The position numbers were made by a program, and so were the translations under genes. This document shows, piece by piece, positions 43,476 through 53,553 of a stretch of DNA of 64,000 nucleotides. Within the stretch, counting starts at the first letter, position 1, and each line of letters starts with the position of its first letter. Under the pieces are notes generated by a model. The model worked only from the letters and a program-made list of their open reading frames with translations. It did not search any database and was not told where the DNA came from. This DNA comes from Planctomycetota bacterium (GTDB lineage Bacteria; Planctomycetota; UBA1135; UBA2386). Where the stretch lies: assembly GCA_947501605.1 (NCBI GenBank), contig CANMWZ010000011.1:44228-108227 (forward strand), given 5' to 3'.

Positions 43476-45949
43476 CGGAGGGTCTTCCACAGGGATTCGA
43501 TCGAGGTCAAGGTGGCGGCATCGCGGCCGGCCAGCTCGCGCGCGTCCAGCAAGCGTTGTCGCGCAGCAGCGGCGTCGCCGCGTTGCTGTGCCTCGTGGGC
43601 AGCGTAGAGAAAGGGCGCGGCCGCGAGTGCAGCATGCGCGTCGATGCCCATGAATGGATCACGCACGCCGAGGTGGATGCGCACGTCGACGGCGGCCTCA
43701 GCGTCGAGCAACAGATGCGAGAACGCCGAGCGCGCGGCCGTCGCCGCTTCGGCATGGCGCTGCTGCGCAGCAAGGTCTTGCGCGAGGTAGTAGGAAGCCG
43801 GGCCGACGCCTGCATTGGCTCGATCCTCGATTGCCAGCACCAGCCCAGCGGTCGCACAACCAACGGCAACGCGGAGATGCGGATCGGCTTGCAACGCTGT
43901 CCACAAGAACAAGAAGCGCTGGCGCAGCAGGCCCGAGGTGTCGTTGGTGGCCGCAAGTTCGCGCGCGTGTCCGCAGATGGCGATCGCGCGCTGCGGGTGG
44001 CGACGCAGGTGCGCGGCAATGCCCGCCACCAAAGGGAACCCGGCGCGACCGTCGCCGAACTGCTCGGCGCGCAGACGTTCGCGATCGTCGCGGCGCGGCG
44101 CGGTGAACAGCAGCCACTGCAGCAGGCTCGCGTCTTCGTCCGTCAAGGGCGAGTGCAGCGACGACATCGCCGCGTACGAGAATGCCTCCTCGGCAGCGGC
44201 GTCGACGGCAGGGCTCGCCTGCTGCTCCGCGACGAGCGCCGCGCGTTGCGGCCCGCGCATCAGCGCTTCGAACGCCGCCTCGCGGACCTCGAGAATCGCG
44301 GCCGAGCGGCGAACGCGCACAAGCGCGGCGCTGGCTTCGGGCAGCGGGCAGAGCGACAGCCACAGCAGCAGTTCGATGCGCGTCTCGTCCTCGGTGGCAA
44401 CATCGAGTTGCACCAGCAGTGCGCGCCAGCCGGCCTCGTCCAACAGCGGCCACGCGAGCCGCGCCCGTCGCGCCAACGACGCTGCCAGGGTGCCCGCGAC
44501 GGCGACGACTTCGTCGGCAGGGGCGCGTTCGCCGCGCTCGGCAAGCAGCAGCAAGATCATGCGCCGCAGCTCGCGATCGGGCTCCAGTCCGTCGGAAGGC
44601 GTCCGCTGCAACAACAGCCGCAACTTGGAGGCTCCTACCGGGTCCTTGCGATGCGCCAAATGTTCGCACACTGCAACGAGCCGCCGACTCTCGCTCGCCG
44701 CCAACTCGAGCGCCATTTCAACGGCTGCATCGCCCGACTGGGCGAGTACGCGCAGCGCCGTGTCGTACACTGCGTCTTCGCCGGAGACTCTCGCCCGCAG
44801 GCTCTGCGCCAGTTGGATCACGCGAGCGTCGAGATGCGGTGACAGTTGACGCCGCTGCTGAACGAGGCACGACAACGCCCGCAGAGCCTCGCCGTAGAAC
44901 GCCTTGTCCTGAGTCAGTTGCTCATCGATCACTGCATCCGGCATGCCACGCAGGGGTCGATCGAACAGGCGACGCCAGCGATCGGCGCCGCCGACACGCG
45001 CGAAGTCGACCATCTCCGGCACGTAGACCGCGGCTTCGAGCAAAGCCTCGAAAGCGGCGACCGCCAGCACCTGCGCCCCTGCGTCGGCTTGGTTGGCGAT
45101 CGCAACTCGGAGTATTGCCGCGGCGCGGGCGCGACGTTCGTCGGTGACGAGCCATGGGCCACAGCGGCGCACCCAGCTAGGTGGCAGCACTTCGTTGCGA
45201 TCGAGGCTGCTCACGAGGCGAGCCTCGAACTCCGGATCGTGCCGCCGACTGAGGAAGTCGACGATGCCGTCAGCGACTTCTGACTCGAGGGTCAGCGATA
45301 GGCTGAGCAGTTGTCGCACACCTTTTGGCGACAGCCGCTCGAACACGGGCAGCACGCGCGCGAGCGGCACTCCGCTCTGCAAGTGGCCATGCACAGTGGT
45401 CACCAACTGATCGGCCATCGCCGGCTCGAGACGTTGCACCACGAGGAGCGCCGCGCGGTCTTCGGTCGCGGCCAGTTCGCGCACGACGAAGTCCGCTTCT
45501 TGGCGCGAAAGCGGCGCGGTACGGGCCGCCAACGCAAGCACCCGTTCGAGGCCGCTCCCCGACTCGCAGCGCTCGGCCACCAGCGCGTCGAGCGACGGCC
45601 GCGGGGCAAGCGCAAGCTCGCCCAAGACGGCCACGGCGCACAGCTTGGAATGCGCGACGGCCAAACGGAGCTGGGGCGGCCAGTCGAGGATGGTGTGGCG
45701 CGCGATGCGAGCGGCGATCGCGCGCAGCGGTTCGCATTCGGCCGACAAAGCATCCGTGAGCACGGCGATGTCGAGCGCGCCCTGATCGTGCAGCCGGACG
45801 AGCGCCGCGCAGCGCGAGAGCGGTTCTTGCGCAGCATCGCGAACGCGCGCCTCGAGGGCGGCGGGCTCGATCGTCGGTTCTTGGGCAAGCAGCACGGGCG
45901 CGGCAGTCGCGAGCCATGCGAACGCCGCTAGGCCGCACCAGCGCGTCAT
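43472..45949 (-). CDS. Large exported alpha-helical (HEAT/TPR-like) hypothetical protein
   Basis: 825 aa; signal peptide; Leu/Ala/Arg-rich helices; translationally coupled on both sides. Confidence 0.7.
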   Translation of the reverse strand: MTRWCGLAAFAWLATAAPVLLAQEPTIEPAALEARVRDAAQEPLSRCAALVRLHDQGALDIAVLTDALSAECEPLRAIAARIARHTILDWPPQLRLAVAHSKLCAVAVLGELALAPRPSLDALVAERCESGSGLERVLALAARTAPLSRQEADFVVRELAATEDRAALLVVQRLEPAMADQLVTTVHGHLQSGVPLARVLPVFERLSPKGVRQLLSLSLTLESEVADGIVDFLSRRHDPEFEARLVSSLDRNEVLPPSWVRRCGPWLVTDERRARAAAILRVAIANQADAGAQVLAVAAFEALLEAAVYVPEMVDFARVGGADRWRRLFDRPLRGMPDAVIDEQLTQDKAFYGEALRALSCLVQQRRQLSPHLDARVIQLAQSLRARVSGEDAVYDTALRVLAQSGDAAVEMALELAASESRRLVAVCEHLAHRKDPVGASKLRLLLQRTPSDGLEPDRELRRMILLLLAERGERAPADEVVAVAGTLAASLARRARLAWPLLDEAGWRALLVQLDVATEDETRIELLLWLSLCPLPEASAALVRVRRSAAILEVREAAFEALMRGPQRAALVAEQQASPAVDAAAEEAFSYAAMSSLHSPLTDEDASLLQWLLFTAPRRDDRERLRAEQFGDGRAGFPLVAGIAAHLRRHPQRAIAICGHARELAATNDTSGLLRQRFLFLWTALQADPHLRVAVGCATAGLVLAIEDRANAGVGPASYYLAQDLAAQQRHAEAATAARSAFSHLLLDAEAAVDVRIHLGVRDPFMGIDAHAALAAAPFLYAAHEAQQRGDAAAARQRLLDARELAGRDAATLTSIESLWKTLR

Positions 45950-46752
45950 CGCAACATCTCGGCAATCGCCAGCGGCAGATCCTCAGCGGTGAGCCCCATC
46001 ATCGAGGTCTGTGCCGCAACGCGATCGCCGGCCTGGCCATGCACGTGCACCGACAGACACGCGGCTTCGAACGGCTCCATGCCTTGCGCCAACAGCGCGC
46101 CGCACACCCCGGCGAGCACGTCGCCCGAACCACCGGTCGCCATGCCGGGGTTGCCAGTGTCGTTCTGGAATGTACGCGCCCCTTCGCACACCAAGGTGCC
46201 ACTGCCCTTCAGCACCGCTACCGCGCCACTCTGGGCGCTGAGTTGCAAAGCCGCGGCAAGGCGATCCCGTTGCACCGCTTCGGTCGTGCACGCGAGCAAC
46301 CGCGCGGCCTCGCCCGGGTGCGGCAACAGCACTTTCGGCGCCAGACCTGGCAACGGTCGACGCAGCGGTGCGAGCACGTTCAGGGCGTCGGCGTCGAACA
46401 CGAGCGGCACTACAGCAGTCCGCAGCAGCGTCGCCACCACGCGCTTCGTCGCCGGGCTCTGACCGAGGCCGGGCCCCACCACGATCGAGGTCGCCTTGGC
46501 GACTGCCGCCGCCATCGCCCGAGCGTTGCCGCGATCGACCGTCACCGCCGCCGGCACCGCCACCATCAGCGGCGCGCACAGTGCCCTTGGCAAAGCCACG
46601 CACACGAGCCCGGCTCCGGCGCGCAACGCACCGCGGGCGCACAGGATCGCCGCCCCGAGCATGAACTCGCTGCCGGCCACGATCAGCACGGTGCCAAAGT
46701 CCCCCTTGTGCGCCACCTTCTCGCGCGGCGGCAACTTTGGCACGCGCGACAT
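45946..46752 (-). CDS. nnrD: ADP-dependent NAD(P)H-hydrate dehydratase
   Basis: HKGDFG, GAGLV, VGPGLG, DADALN, PHPGEAARL, VLKG and GGSGDVLAG motifs. Confidence 0.93.
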   Translation of the reverse strand: MSRVPKLPPREKVAHKGDFGTVLIVAGSEFMLGAAILCARGALRAGAGLVCVALPRALCAPLMVAVPAAVTVDRGNARAMAAAVAKATSIVVGPGLGQSPATKRVVATLLRTAVVPLVFDADALNVLAPLRRPLPGLAPKVLLPHPGEAARLLACTTEAVQRDRLAAALQLSAQSGAVAVLKGSGTLVCEGARTFQNDTGNPGMATGGSGDVLAGVCGALLAQGMEPFEAACLSVHVHGQAGDRVAAQTSMMGLTAEDLPLAIAEMLR

Positions 46753-47798
46753 CACAGCTCGCCCCAGGAATGGGCGCAGCGAACTTCGCCGACTTGCTGG
46801 TCGCGCGTGTTGACGATCTTCTGCACGTGAAACGACTGCAGCGCGTTGGGTACGCCGTTCACGAAGGCCCCGAGGTGCCGCAGCACATCCACCACTACCG
46901 GGAAGTAGCCGCGATCGCTGCCGTCCCCGATCTTGACCGCGATGCCGACGGCTTCCGGGCAGTGCGCGCGCGCCGGATCGGGTCCGAGCGCCACCGCGTA
47001 GACACCTTCGGCGCCGTTCTTGGCAAACCGCAATGACGGCACGCTCTTCAGGAGCGCCGTGCAGAGCCGTTGCTGCCCCGCCAACATCGCGGGCTCGGCG
47101 CGCACCGCCTGATGGATCCGTTCGCATGCGGCGCTTCGAACGGGCCCAAGGCCCGACGGGTTCGCCAGCCGTGCGAATCCTCGCGCCAGCGCCTGCAATG
47201 GCAGCACGAACGTCGGTGCGCCGCAGCCATCGACACCCCGCTCGGGCATCTCCGTGACCCCCGTCATGGCGGCGACCGCCGCCGCGACCTCACGCTGACT
47301 CTTCGTGCCGGGCTCGAGATAGTTGCCGACGGCGTCGCCGCACTCCTTGGCGAGGCACAGAAAACCGGCGTGCTTGCCCGAGCAGTTGTTGTGGACGCGC
47401 ATCGGCTTCTGCCCCTCCTGGCGCATCGCCTCGCGCGCACCACTGTCGAACGGCGCGTGTGGGCCACAGCCGAGCTGACCTTCGTGCATACCGCCCTTCT
47501 TCAAGAAGCTGCGCACCGCAGCAACGTGGGCCGCAGTGCCGTCGTGGCTGGCGCACATCACCGCGATCTCTTTGTCGTCGAGCCCGAATCGTCGATCGAG
47601 GCCGCGCTCGAGGAAGGGCAGCGCCTGCAGCGGCTTGGTCGCGGATCGACAGATCACCTTGCCCTCCGGATCGCCCGCAGCCAGCAACAGGTCGTCGCCA
47701 TGCCAGACGGCAACAGCCCCGCGGTGCCAGGATTCGATTCGACCACTGCGCGTCACCGTGGCCAGCACTGGTTCGTCAGCAAAAGGGAGGCTCGGCAT
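46752..47798 (-). CDS. L-asparaginase II (Rhizobium-type)
   Basis: RSATKPLQ, CASHDG, NNCSGKHAG, DGCGAP and KNGAEG motifs. Confidence 0.9.
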   Translation of the reverse strand: MPSLPFADEPVLATVTRSGRIESWHRGAVAVWHGDDLLLAAGDPEGKVICRSATKPLQALPFLERGLDRRFGLDDKEIAVMCASHDGTAAHVAAVRSFLKKGGMHEGQLGCGPHAPFDSGAREAMRQEGQKPMRVHNNCSGKHAGFLCLAKECGDAVGNYLEPGTKSQREVAAAVAAMTGVTEMPERGVDGCGAPTFVLPLQALARGFARLANPSGLGPVRSAACERIHQAVRAEPAMLAGQQRLCTALLKSVPSLRFAKNGAEGVYAVALGPDPARAHCPEAVGIAVKIGDGSDRGYFPVVVDVLRHLGAFVNGVPNALQSFHVQKIVNTRDQQVGEVRCAHSWGEL

Positions 47799-47812
47799 AG
47801 TCGGGGCAGCTG

Positions 47813-47820
47813 GTTATAAC
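47813..47820. promoter_or_regulatory. Palindromic -10 element of a putative bidirectional promoter
   Basis: GTTATAAC gives TATAAC on both strands within the 65-bp gap between divergent genes. Confidence 0.5.
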
Positions 47821-47863
47821 GCGATCGTCCGCCACCGCACGACCCGCACCCCTGTCTTCTGCC

Positions 47864-48304
47864 ATGGACCAGATTGAAGTCGAACTCGCCCGCATCGTCA
47901 TCCAACAGAAGGGTGAGCAGCAGTACATCCACCTGCGGGAGAAGGAGGGCTCCGGTCGAACGTTCCCGATCGTCATCGGCTTCACCGAGATCGAGGAGAT
48001 CAACCGCAAGCTGCACGGCGTGCAGGCGCCGCGACCGCTGACCCACGACCTGGTCGGGCGGCTGGTCAAGGAACTGGGCTGGCGACTCGCGCGCGTGATC
48101 GTGACCGAACTGCGGGACGGCACCTTCTTCGCCAACCTCGTCCTGGTCCCGGCCGAGGCCACCGCCGCCAAGGGCGAACAGTCCGAACGCCGCGTCGACT
48201 GTCGCCCCTCCGACGCGATCGCGCTGGCAGTCCAGACCGGCGCCCGCATGTTCGTCGCTCGCGACGTGTTCGACCTGGTGGCGCCGGGCGTCGGCCCAGC
48301 GTAG
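47864..48304 (+). CDS. Bifunctional nuclease family protein (DUF151)
   Basis: FPIVIG..E, RPLTHDL, GTFFANL and DCRPSDAIALA motifs. Confidence 0.92.
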   Translation: MDQIEVELARIVIQQKGEQQYIHLREKEGSGRTFPIVIGFTEIEEINRKLHGVQAPRPLTHDLVGRLVKELGWRLARVIVTELRDGTFFANLVLVPAEATAAKGEQSERRVDCRPSDAIALAVQTGARMFVARDVFDLVAPGVGPA

Positions 48305-48323
48305 CGTTTGGCTCGCACCCCGC

Positions 48324-48413
48324 GGTGGGGTGGCAGAGTGGCTGAATGCGGCGGTCTTGAAAACCGCTGTCGGCGGAAGCCGACCGGGGGTTCGAATCCC
48401 CCCCCCACCGCCA
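48324..48413 (+). tRNA. tRNA-Ser(TGA)
   Basis: Acceptor GGTGGGG/CCCCACC plus GCCA; anticodon arm GCGGT-CTTGAAA-ACCGC; long variable arm; GGTTCGAATCC T-loop. Confidence 0.97.
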
Positions 48414-48481
48414 ACTTCTGGTGCGCCAGAGCAGGCTGCAGCGGCCGTGCCTTCCGGCCGAACGCCGAGAGCTCACCTGCC

Positions 48482-48967
48482 TTACTTGCGGAAGGCAATC
48501 GAGCCCTTCTGCGGCCCGTCGATGCCCTCGATCTCGATCCAGAGGAGACTGCCGTCGGCGAGCGGCTTCGGCACTTCGGGGTGCCCGTGCAGGCGCGTAG
48601 CCGTCTCCGCCTGAAAGCGGACCCGCATGGAGCCGATGCTGGACTCGTCGCCGATCCAGCCGCGGACCGCCGCCGGCAGCGTTGTCCCCGTGGCAAAGTC
48701 GAGGTCGAAGTCCCCTTCTTGGCCGGGTTCGATCTTGGCCACCTGGAAGACGCTGATCGTGTGGCTACCCACTTTCACTTCGCCAAGGGCAATGCGGTCC
48801 GTGTGCACGTGTCCGTGCTCCGCGGTTCCAGCGACAGGCTCGTCTTGGTGCACCGTGCCGTCGGCATGCACATGCATGCCTGCTGGCGCCGAATGGTCGT
48901 TTGAATCGCCACTGCAGGCCGACACCACGAGACTGAGAGACAGTGCGATTGCGCGCGTAGAAGTCAT
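48482..48967 (-). CDS. His-rich accessory lipoprotein of the metal efflux operon
   Basis: Lipobox VSAC; HVHADGTVH and HGHVH motifs; ATGA overlap with the RND gene. Confidence 0.8.
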   Translation of the reverse strand: MTSTRAIALSLSLVVSACSGDSNDHSAPAGMHVHADGTVHQDEPVAGTAEHGHVHTDRIALGEVKVGSHTISVFQVAKIEPGQEGDFDLDFATGTTLPAAVRGWIGDESSIGSMRVRFQAETATRLHGHPEVPKPLADGSLLWIEIEGIDGPQKGSIAFRK

Positions 48968-51900
48968 GAGAACTCCATCGAGTCAGGGGAATCGTGCGTC
49001 GGCTGCAGAGGCTGGTTCTTGAACAGCAAGTAGAACCCAGCAGGCACGACCAGAAGGTTGAGGAAGGTCGACGATAGCAGTCCGCCCAGGACCACCACCG
49101 AGAGCGGAGCGAGAATCTCACTACCTGGTTCGCCCGCCGCCATGACGATGGGCAAGAGGCCGAGCGCGGCAGTGAGAGCCGTCATCAGGATCGGCACCAG
49201 TCGCTCCATGGAACCGCGCAGGATGGCTTCGGTGAGCGGCACGCCTTCGTGCATCAGGTCGAAGTAGTGCCTCACGAGCAGGATGCCGTTGCGCACAGCG
49301 ATCCCGAACAGGGTGATGAACCCAACCATGCTGGCGATCGAGATGACCGGGGCCACATAGCGCTCGCCGCCGAGGCCAAAGAGCGCGAGCGTGTTCCACC
49401 ACAGACTTGGCGACTCCGTCAGGTAGATGGCAACGATGCCGCCGATCAGCGCGAGCGGCAGGTTGACCATCACCAGCATGGCGGCTCTCAAGGAGCCCAA
49501 GGCGGCGTGCACGAGCATCAGCATGATGACGACCACGAACGAGCCCATCACCAAGATGGAATCACTTGCCGACTGCTGCGCTTCGAACTGACCACCGAGC
49601 GCGAGCGTGCAACCGGCCCCAGTCACGATCGGTTCGATGCGCTGCTTCACGAGAGCTACCAACTGCCCGAGGTTGTAACCGTCAGCGACGTTGCAAGAGA
49701 CGACCGCCTTGCGCCGACCATTCTCGCGCGCGATCAGGTTCGACGTGCGCTCACGGCCGATGTCGGCGACATCGCGCAACCGGACATTGGCACCCCCCAC
49801 ACCGCGAAGGATCAGATTGCCGACATCGTCGATGCGCTCGCGTTCGTCCGGATGCAAACGCACCGTGATCGCGTAGCGGCGCATGCCCTCGTTGACCTCG
49901 GCAACCGTCTCGCCCTGTAGCGCATCCTGCACCTGCTCGGCGGCCGTGGCCGGACTCAGTCCGGCGGCGGCAAGATCTCGCGGTCGGTAGCGCACCGGCA
50001 GCGACGTGATCAGCACCTCGCGATTCGCCGCGACATCGCGAGTACCCGGCAACGACTTCAGCTCGCCTTCGATCGTCTTCGCCAGCATGCGCAGCACACT
50101 GAGATCATCGCCCTGGACGACGATCGCGATCGCGGCGGGAGTGCCGGAAAGCACGTGGGACAGACGATGTTCAATCGGCTGGCCGATGCTGGTCGTGATG
50201 CCGGGCACACCCGCGAGGACGCCATCGAGAGATCGGCGCACCTCGAACTTGTCGAAGCCTGGCTGGATGGTCACGTCGAGCTCCGAACTGCTGACGGGCT
50301 CGGCGTGCTCATCGCGCTCTGCCCGTCCCGTTCGCCGCACCACCGAGCGGACGCCAGGCAACCGCGCCAACTGCGCTTCGACTCCGGTCGCCAGTCGATT
50401 GCTCTCCTCGAGGGATGTGCCGGGAGGTGCCATCAAGAACACCGTGAAGGTGCCTTCGTTGAATTCCGGCAAGAAGCTCGTCCCGTAGGTCCGACCGAGC
50501 GCAAGGCTGGCTACGGTCGCGAGTGCGGAGGCGACCAGGACGATGCGGCCGCGGTGCATCACCAGACGCAGCGCCGGCTCGTATCGCTGCTTCAGCCAGC
50601 GTACGAGGATGCCCTCGCCGTGCACTCTGGCGTTGACGGCGCCGAGCAACATGCGGCACAGCGCCGGCGTCACGGTCAGCGCAACGATCAACGACGCAAA
50701 GGTCGAGACGATGTAGGCGATCCCGAGCGGTCGAAAGAACCGCCCTTCGATGCCCTGCAAGAACAGCAGCGGCACGAAGACCATGCAGATGATGACCGTG
50801 GCGAACACCACCGAGCTGCGGATCTCATTGCTGGCCCTCCAGATGACCTGCCGCACGGGTTTGCGCGACTCAGCCGGCAGAGCCGCGTTCTCGTGCAGTC
50901 GTCGAAACACATTCTCGACGTCGATGATCGCGTCATCCACGAGTTCGCCAATCGCAACTGCGAGCCCTCCAAGCGTCATGACGTTGACGGACAACCCGGC
51001 CGCCCACAAGACCAGAAAGGCGACGGCCAAACTGAGTGGCAACGCCGTCAGCGTGATCAGCGTGGTCCTGAAGTCCAAGAGGAACAGGATGAGGATGATG
51101 GCGACGAAGAACGCGGCGTCGCGCAGGACGGTGATCAGGTTGTGGACCGAGAGCTCGATGAAGTCCGCCTGCCGCATCACGTGCCGATTGAGCACGATTC
51201 CGGCTGGCATCGACTTCTCGATTTGATCCAGCCTCGCGTCGATCTTGGCCGTCAGGTTCAACGTGTTCGTTCCCGGTGACTTCTGGACCGAGAGCACTAC
51301 GGCAGCCTTGCCGCGTTCGCTGGCAGCACCGCGTTTGGGAGTTGCACCGAGCACGACCTCCGCGACCTGACCGATCGTGATCGGATGCCCGTCCTTGTAG
51401 CGGACGATCGTGCCCGCGATGTCCGCCGCGGACCGCACTCGGCCCGTCTGCCGCACTGGCAGCTCGAGTCCCTCGACATTCGACAGGTAGCCAGCACCCG
51501 CAGTGCTATGAGCCTTGCGGGCAGCCTCGACCACTTCCTGCATGGTCAGTTCGTAGAGCTGCAACTGCTGCTGCCGAACGTTGACTTGGTACTCCGGCAG
51601 GTCACCACCGATCGCGACGACCTGTGCCACCCCAGGCACTGCGAGCAGCTGATTGCGCAACTCGAACTCTGCGTACGCCCGCACGGCCATGGGCGACGGA
51701 TCGCCAAGAGGAGCGGAGAGTGACAACAGCAAGATCTCGCCCGTGATCGACGTGATCGGCGTGATCTCGGCATGCGCGCTTGGTGGCAAGCTGGCGCGGG
51801 CAGCGTTGAGCTTTTCCGCTACCAGGGTGCGGGCGCGATAGATGTCCTCCCCCCAATCGAACTCGACCCAGACCAGGGATAGTCCGATCGCGCTCGCACT

Positions 51901-52149
51901 GCGAACCCGACGAAGTCCGGGGAGTCCGTTGACTGCAGTCTCGATCGGAAAGGTGACGTTTTGTTCGACCTCGTCGGCGGCAAAGCCAGCGGCCTCGGTC
52001 AGCACGACGACCGTCGGCGCATTGAGCTCAGGGAACACGTCCACCGGCATGCGCGGGACTTGGTAGCCGGCAAAGGCCAGCACGCCGAGAGCCAGCAGCA
52101 GCACGAGCCACGGCCGCTGCAGCGAGAAGGCGATCAACTGGCGAAACAC
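48964..52149 (-). CDS. CusA/CzcA-family heavy-metal efflux RND permease
   Basis: 1061 aa; VDVFPEL, AIGELVDDAIIDVEN, TGRAERDEHAE, FGIAVRNGI and RLVPILMT motifs. Confidence 0.95.
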   Translation of the reverse strand: MFRQLIAFSLQRPWLVLLLALGVLAFAGYQVPRMPVDVFPELNAPTVVVLTEAAGFAADEVEQNVTFPIETAVNGLPGLRRVRSASAIGLSLVWVEFDWGEDIYRARTLVAEKLNAARASLPPSAHAEITPITSITGEILLLSLSAPLGDPSPMAVRAYAEFELRNQLLAVPGVAQVVAIGGDLPEYQVNVRQQQLQLYELTMQEVVEAARKAHSTAGAGYLSNVEGLELPVRQTGRVRSAADIAGTIVRYKDGHPITIGQVAEVVLGATPKRGAASERGKAAVVLSVQKSPGTNTLNLTAKIDARLDQIEKSMPAGIVLNRHVMRQADFIELSVHNLITVLRDAAFFVAIILILFLLDFRTTLITLTALPLSLAVAFLVLWAAGLSVNVMTLGGLAVAIGELVDDAIIDVENVFRRLHENAALPAESRKPVRQVIWRASNEIRSSVVFATVIICMVFVPLLFLQGIEGRFFRPLGIAYIVSTFASLIVALTVTPALCRMLLGAVNARVHGEGILVRWLKQRYEPALRLVMHRGRIVLVASALATVASLALGRTYGTSFLPEFNEGTFTVFLMAPPGTSLEESNRLATGVEAQLARLPGVRSVVRRTGRAERDEHAEPVSSSELDVTIQPGFDKFEVRRSLDGVLAGVPGITTSIGQPIEHRLSHVLSGTPAAIAIVVQGDDLSVLRMLAKTIEGELKSLPGTRDVAANREVLITSLPVRYRPRDLAAAGLSPATAAEQVQDALQGETVAEVNEGMRRYAITVRLHPDERERIDDVGNLILRGVGGANVRLRDVADIGRERTSNLIARENGRRKAVVSCNVADGYNLGQLVALVKQRIEPIVTGAGCTLALGGQFEAQQSASDSILVMGSFVVVIMLMLVHAALGSLRAAMLVMVNLPLALIGGIVAIYLTESPSLWWNTLALFGLGGERYVAPVISIASMVGFITLFGIAVRNGILLVRHYFDLMHEGVPLTEAILRGSMERLVPILMTALTAALGLLPIVMAAGEPGSEILAPLSVVVLGGLLSSTFLNLLVVPAGFYLLFKNQPLQPTHDSPDSMEFS

Positions 52150-53553
52150 CTACTTGTCCTCGCCTTCGTGAAACGTCCCATCGGCGTGGAAGTGCCCGCC
52201 CTTGGTCGCCATGCCGCTGCTCGCCAGCATGAGTTCGTAGGCACCCGCTAGCACGACTTGGTCGCCATCGCGAAGGCCGCTCTGGACCTCGACCCATCGA
52301 CCATCGTCGATTCCGAGGTCCGCTTGCAGTCGGATCACACGATCGGGGTTGGTAGGGTCGCGCCGAAACAGCACCCGCTCCAGGCCGTCTTGAAGGGTCG
52401 AGGCCAGCGGGATCGCCAGGACGGCGTCGGCAGTGCTCAACACTTCGACCTCCAGGAAGCCCGCGACTCCAGGACGAGCCCATGCCACGCTCACGCTCGG
52501 TTCCAAGAAGAGCTCCAGAGTGCGCTGGGCAGGGTCCGCATCCGCGCCGAGCAGGAACCGACCGGAGGCACGATCGCTCGGCGCGCTGGTGGCGAACGCT
52601 GGGATCGCCGCCGCCGCGAGTCCGCTGCGCAGCCGCGGCAGGTCGCTCTGCAGACCGCGCGCTCGGAAGCGCACTTGCCGCAAGTCGCTGACCGCGACGA
52701 CCAACTGCCCCGCTTCGAGCCACGAGCCGGACGCCACCGGGAGCTGATCGACGACGCCGTCGGTAGCAGCGCGAACCTCGATCGTCGACAGTCGGCGCCA
52801 CTGCGGCAGCATCGGATCTTGATCTGCAACCTCGACCAAGAGCTCTGCTGGGGTCAAGCCACAGACTGCCGCAGCAGCCTCCAGGGCAAGTCCAAATCGA
52901 TCGTGCCCGGCGACCACACGCGCGCCCGCTTCGACCAGGGTTGCAGCAATCTCAGCGTCCTTCTCCTCCACCTCGGCGAGTTCGGCACGGACCTTGGCGA
53001 GTTCGGCACGAGCCGCCGCGAGATCCCGCGCCTGGCCACCGAGGCTCGACTGCGTGTCCTCGATGGTCTGCCGGCGTGCGTCCATCATGGCCACCGCCTC
53101 GCGCAGGCTTCGTTCGTGGGCACGATGCGCCGCGATGAGAGGCTCCATGCTCGCGAGTCGAGCTTCATCGACTCGGGTCTGGGTGGCGATCTCCAAGAGA
53201 TCGCGCTGCAGCGTGCGCCAGCTTGGCGAGTCGACCCGGTAGATCACTTCGCCAGCCTTGACCTCTTGTAGCGACCTGACCAACAGTGTGATCCGGCCCG
53301 CCAGCGGCGTTCGCAGTTCTTGCCGAGCTGTCGGCGACAGCTCGAAATGCCCCGGGAACCGCAGCGTTTGCGCAACGCGGCGACGCTCGACGACGACGAA
53401 CTGGACGCCGAGGTTCTGGCGCACGATGTCTGGGACCTCGATCCGATTCGTGGGCGCTTGTCGAGCGGCGGGTTGCGCCACCCGGACCGGTGCCTTCGAG
53501 CAGGCCGTCAGCACGACCAAGCCCCAGAGAATGAGACGAATGCCAACGGTCAT
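52150..53553 (-). CDS. RND efflux periplasmic adaptor (membrane fusion protein)
   Basis: Lipoprotein signal; coiled coil; VEVQSGLRDGDQVV; His-rich tail GGHFHADGTFHE. Confidence 0.9.
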   Translation of the reverse strand: MTVGIRLILWGLVVLTACSKAPVRVAQPAARQAPTNRIEVPDIVRQNLGVQFVVVERRRVAQTLRFPGHFELSPTARQELRTPLAGRITLLVRSLQEVKAGEVIYRVDSPSWRTLQRDLLEIATQTRVDEARLASMEPLIAAHRAHERSLREAVAMMDARRQTIEDTQSSLGGQARDLAAARAELAKVRAELAEVEEKDAEIAATLVEAGARVVAGHDRFGLALEAAAAVCGLTPAELLVEVADQDPMLPQWRRLSTIEVRAATDGVVDQLPVASGSWLEAGQLVVAVSDLRQVRFRARGLQSDLPRLRSGLAAAAIPAFATSAPSDRASGRFLLGADADPAQRTLELFLEPSVSVAWARPGVAGFLEVEVLSTADAVLAIPLASTLQDGLERVLFRRDPTNPDRVIRLQADLGIDDGRWVEVQSGLRDGDQVVLAGAYELMLASSGMATKGGHFHADGTFHEGEDK

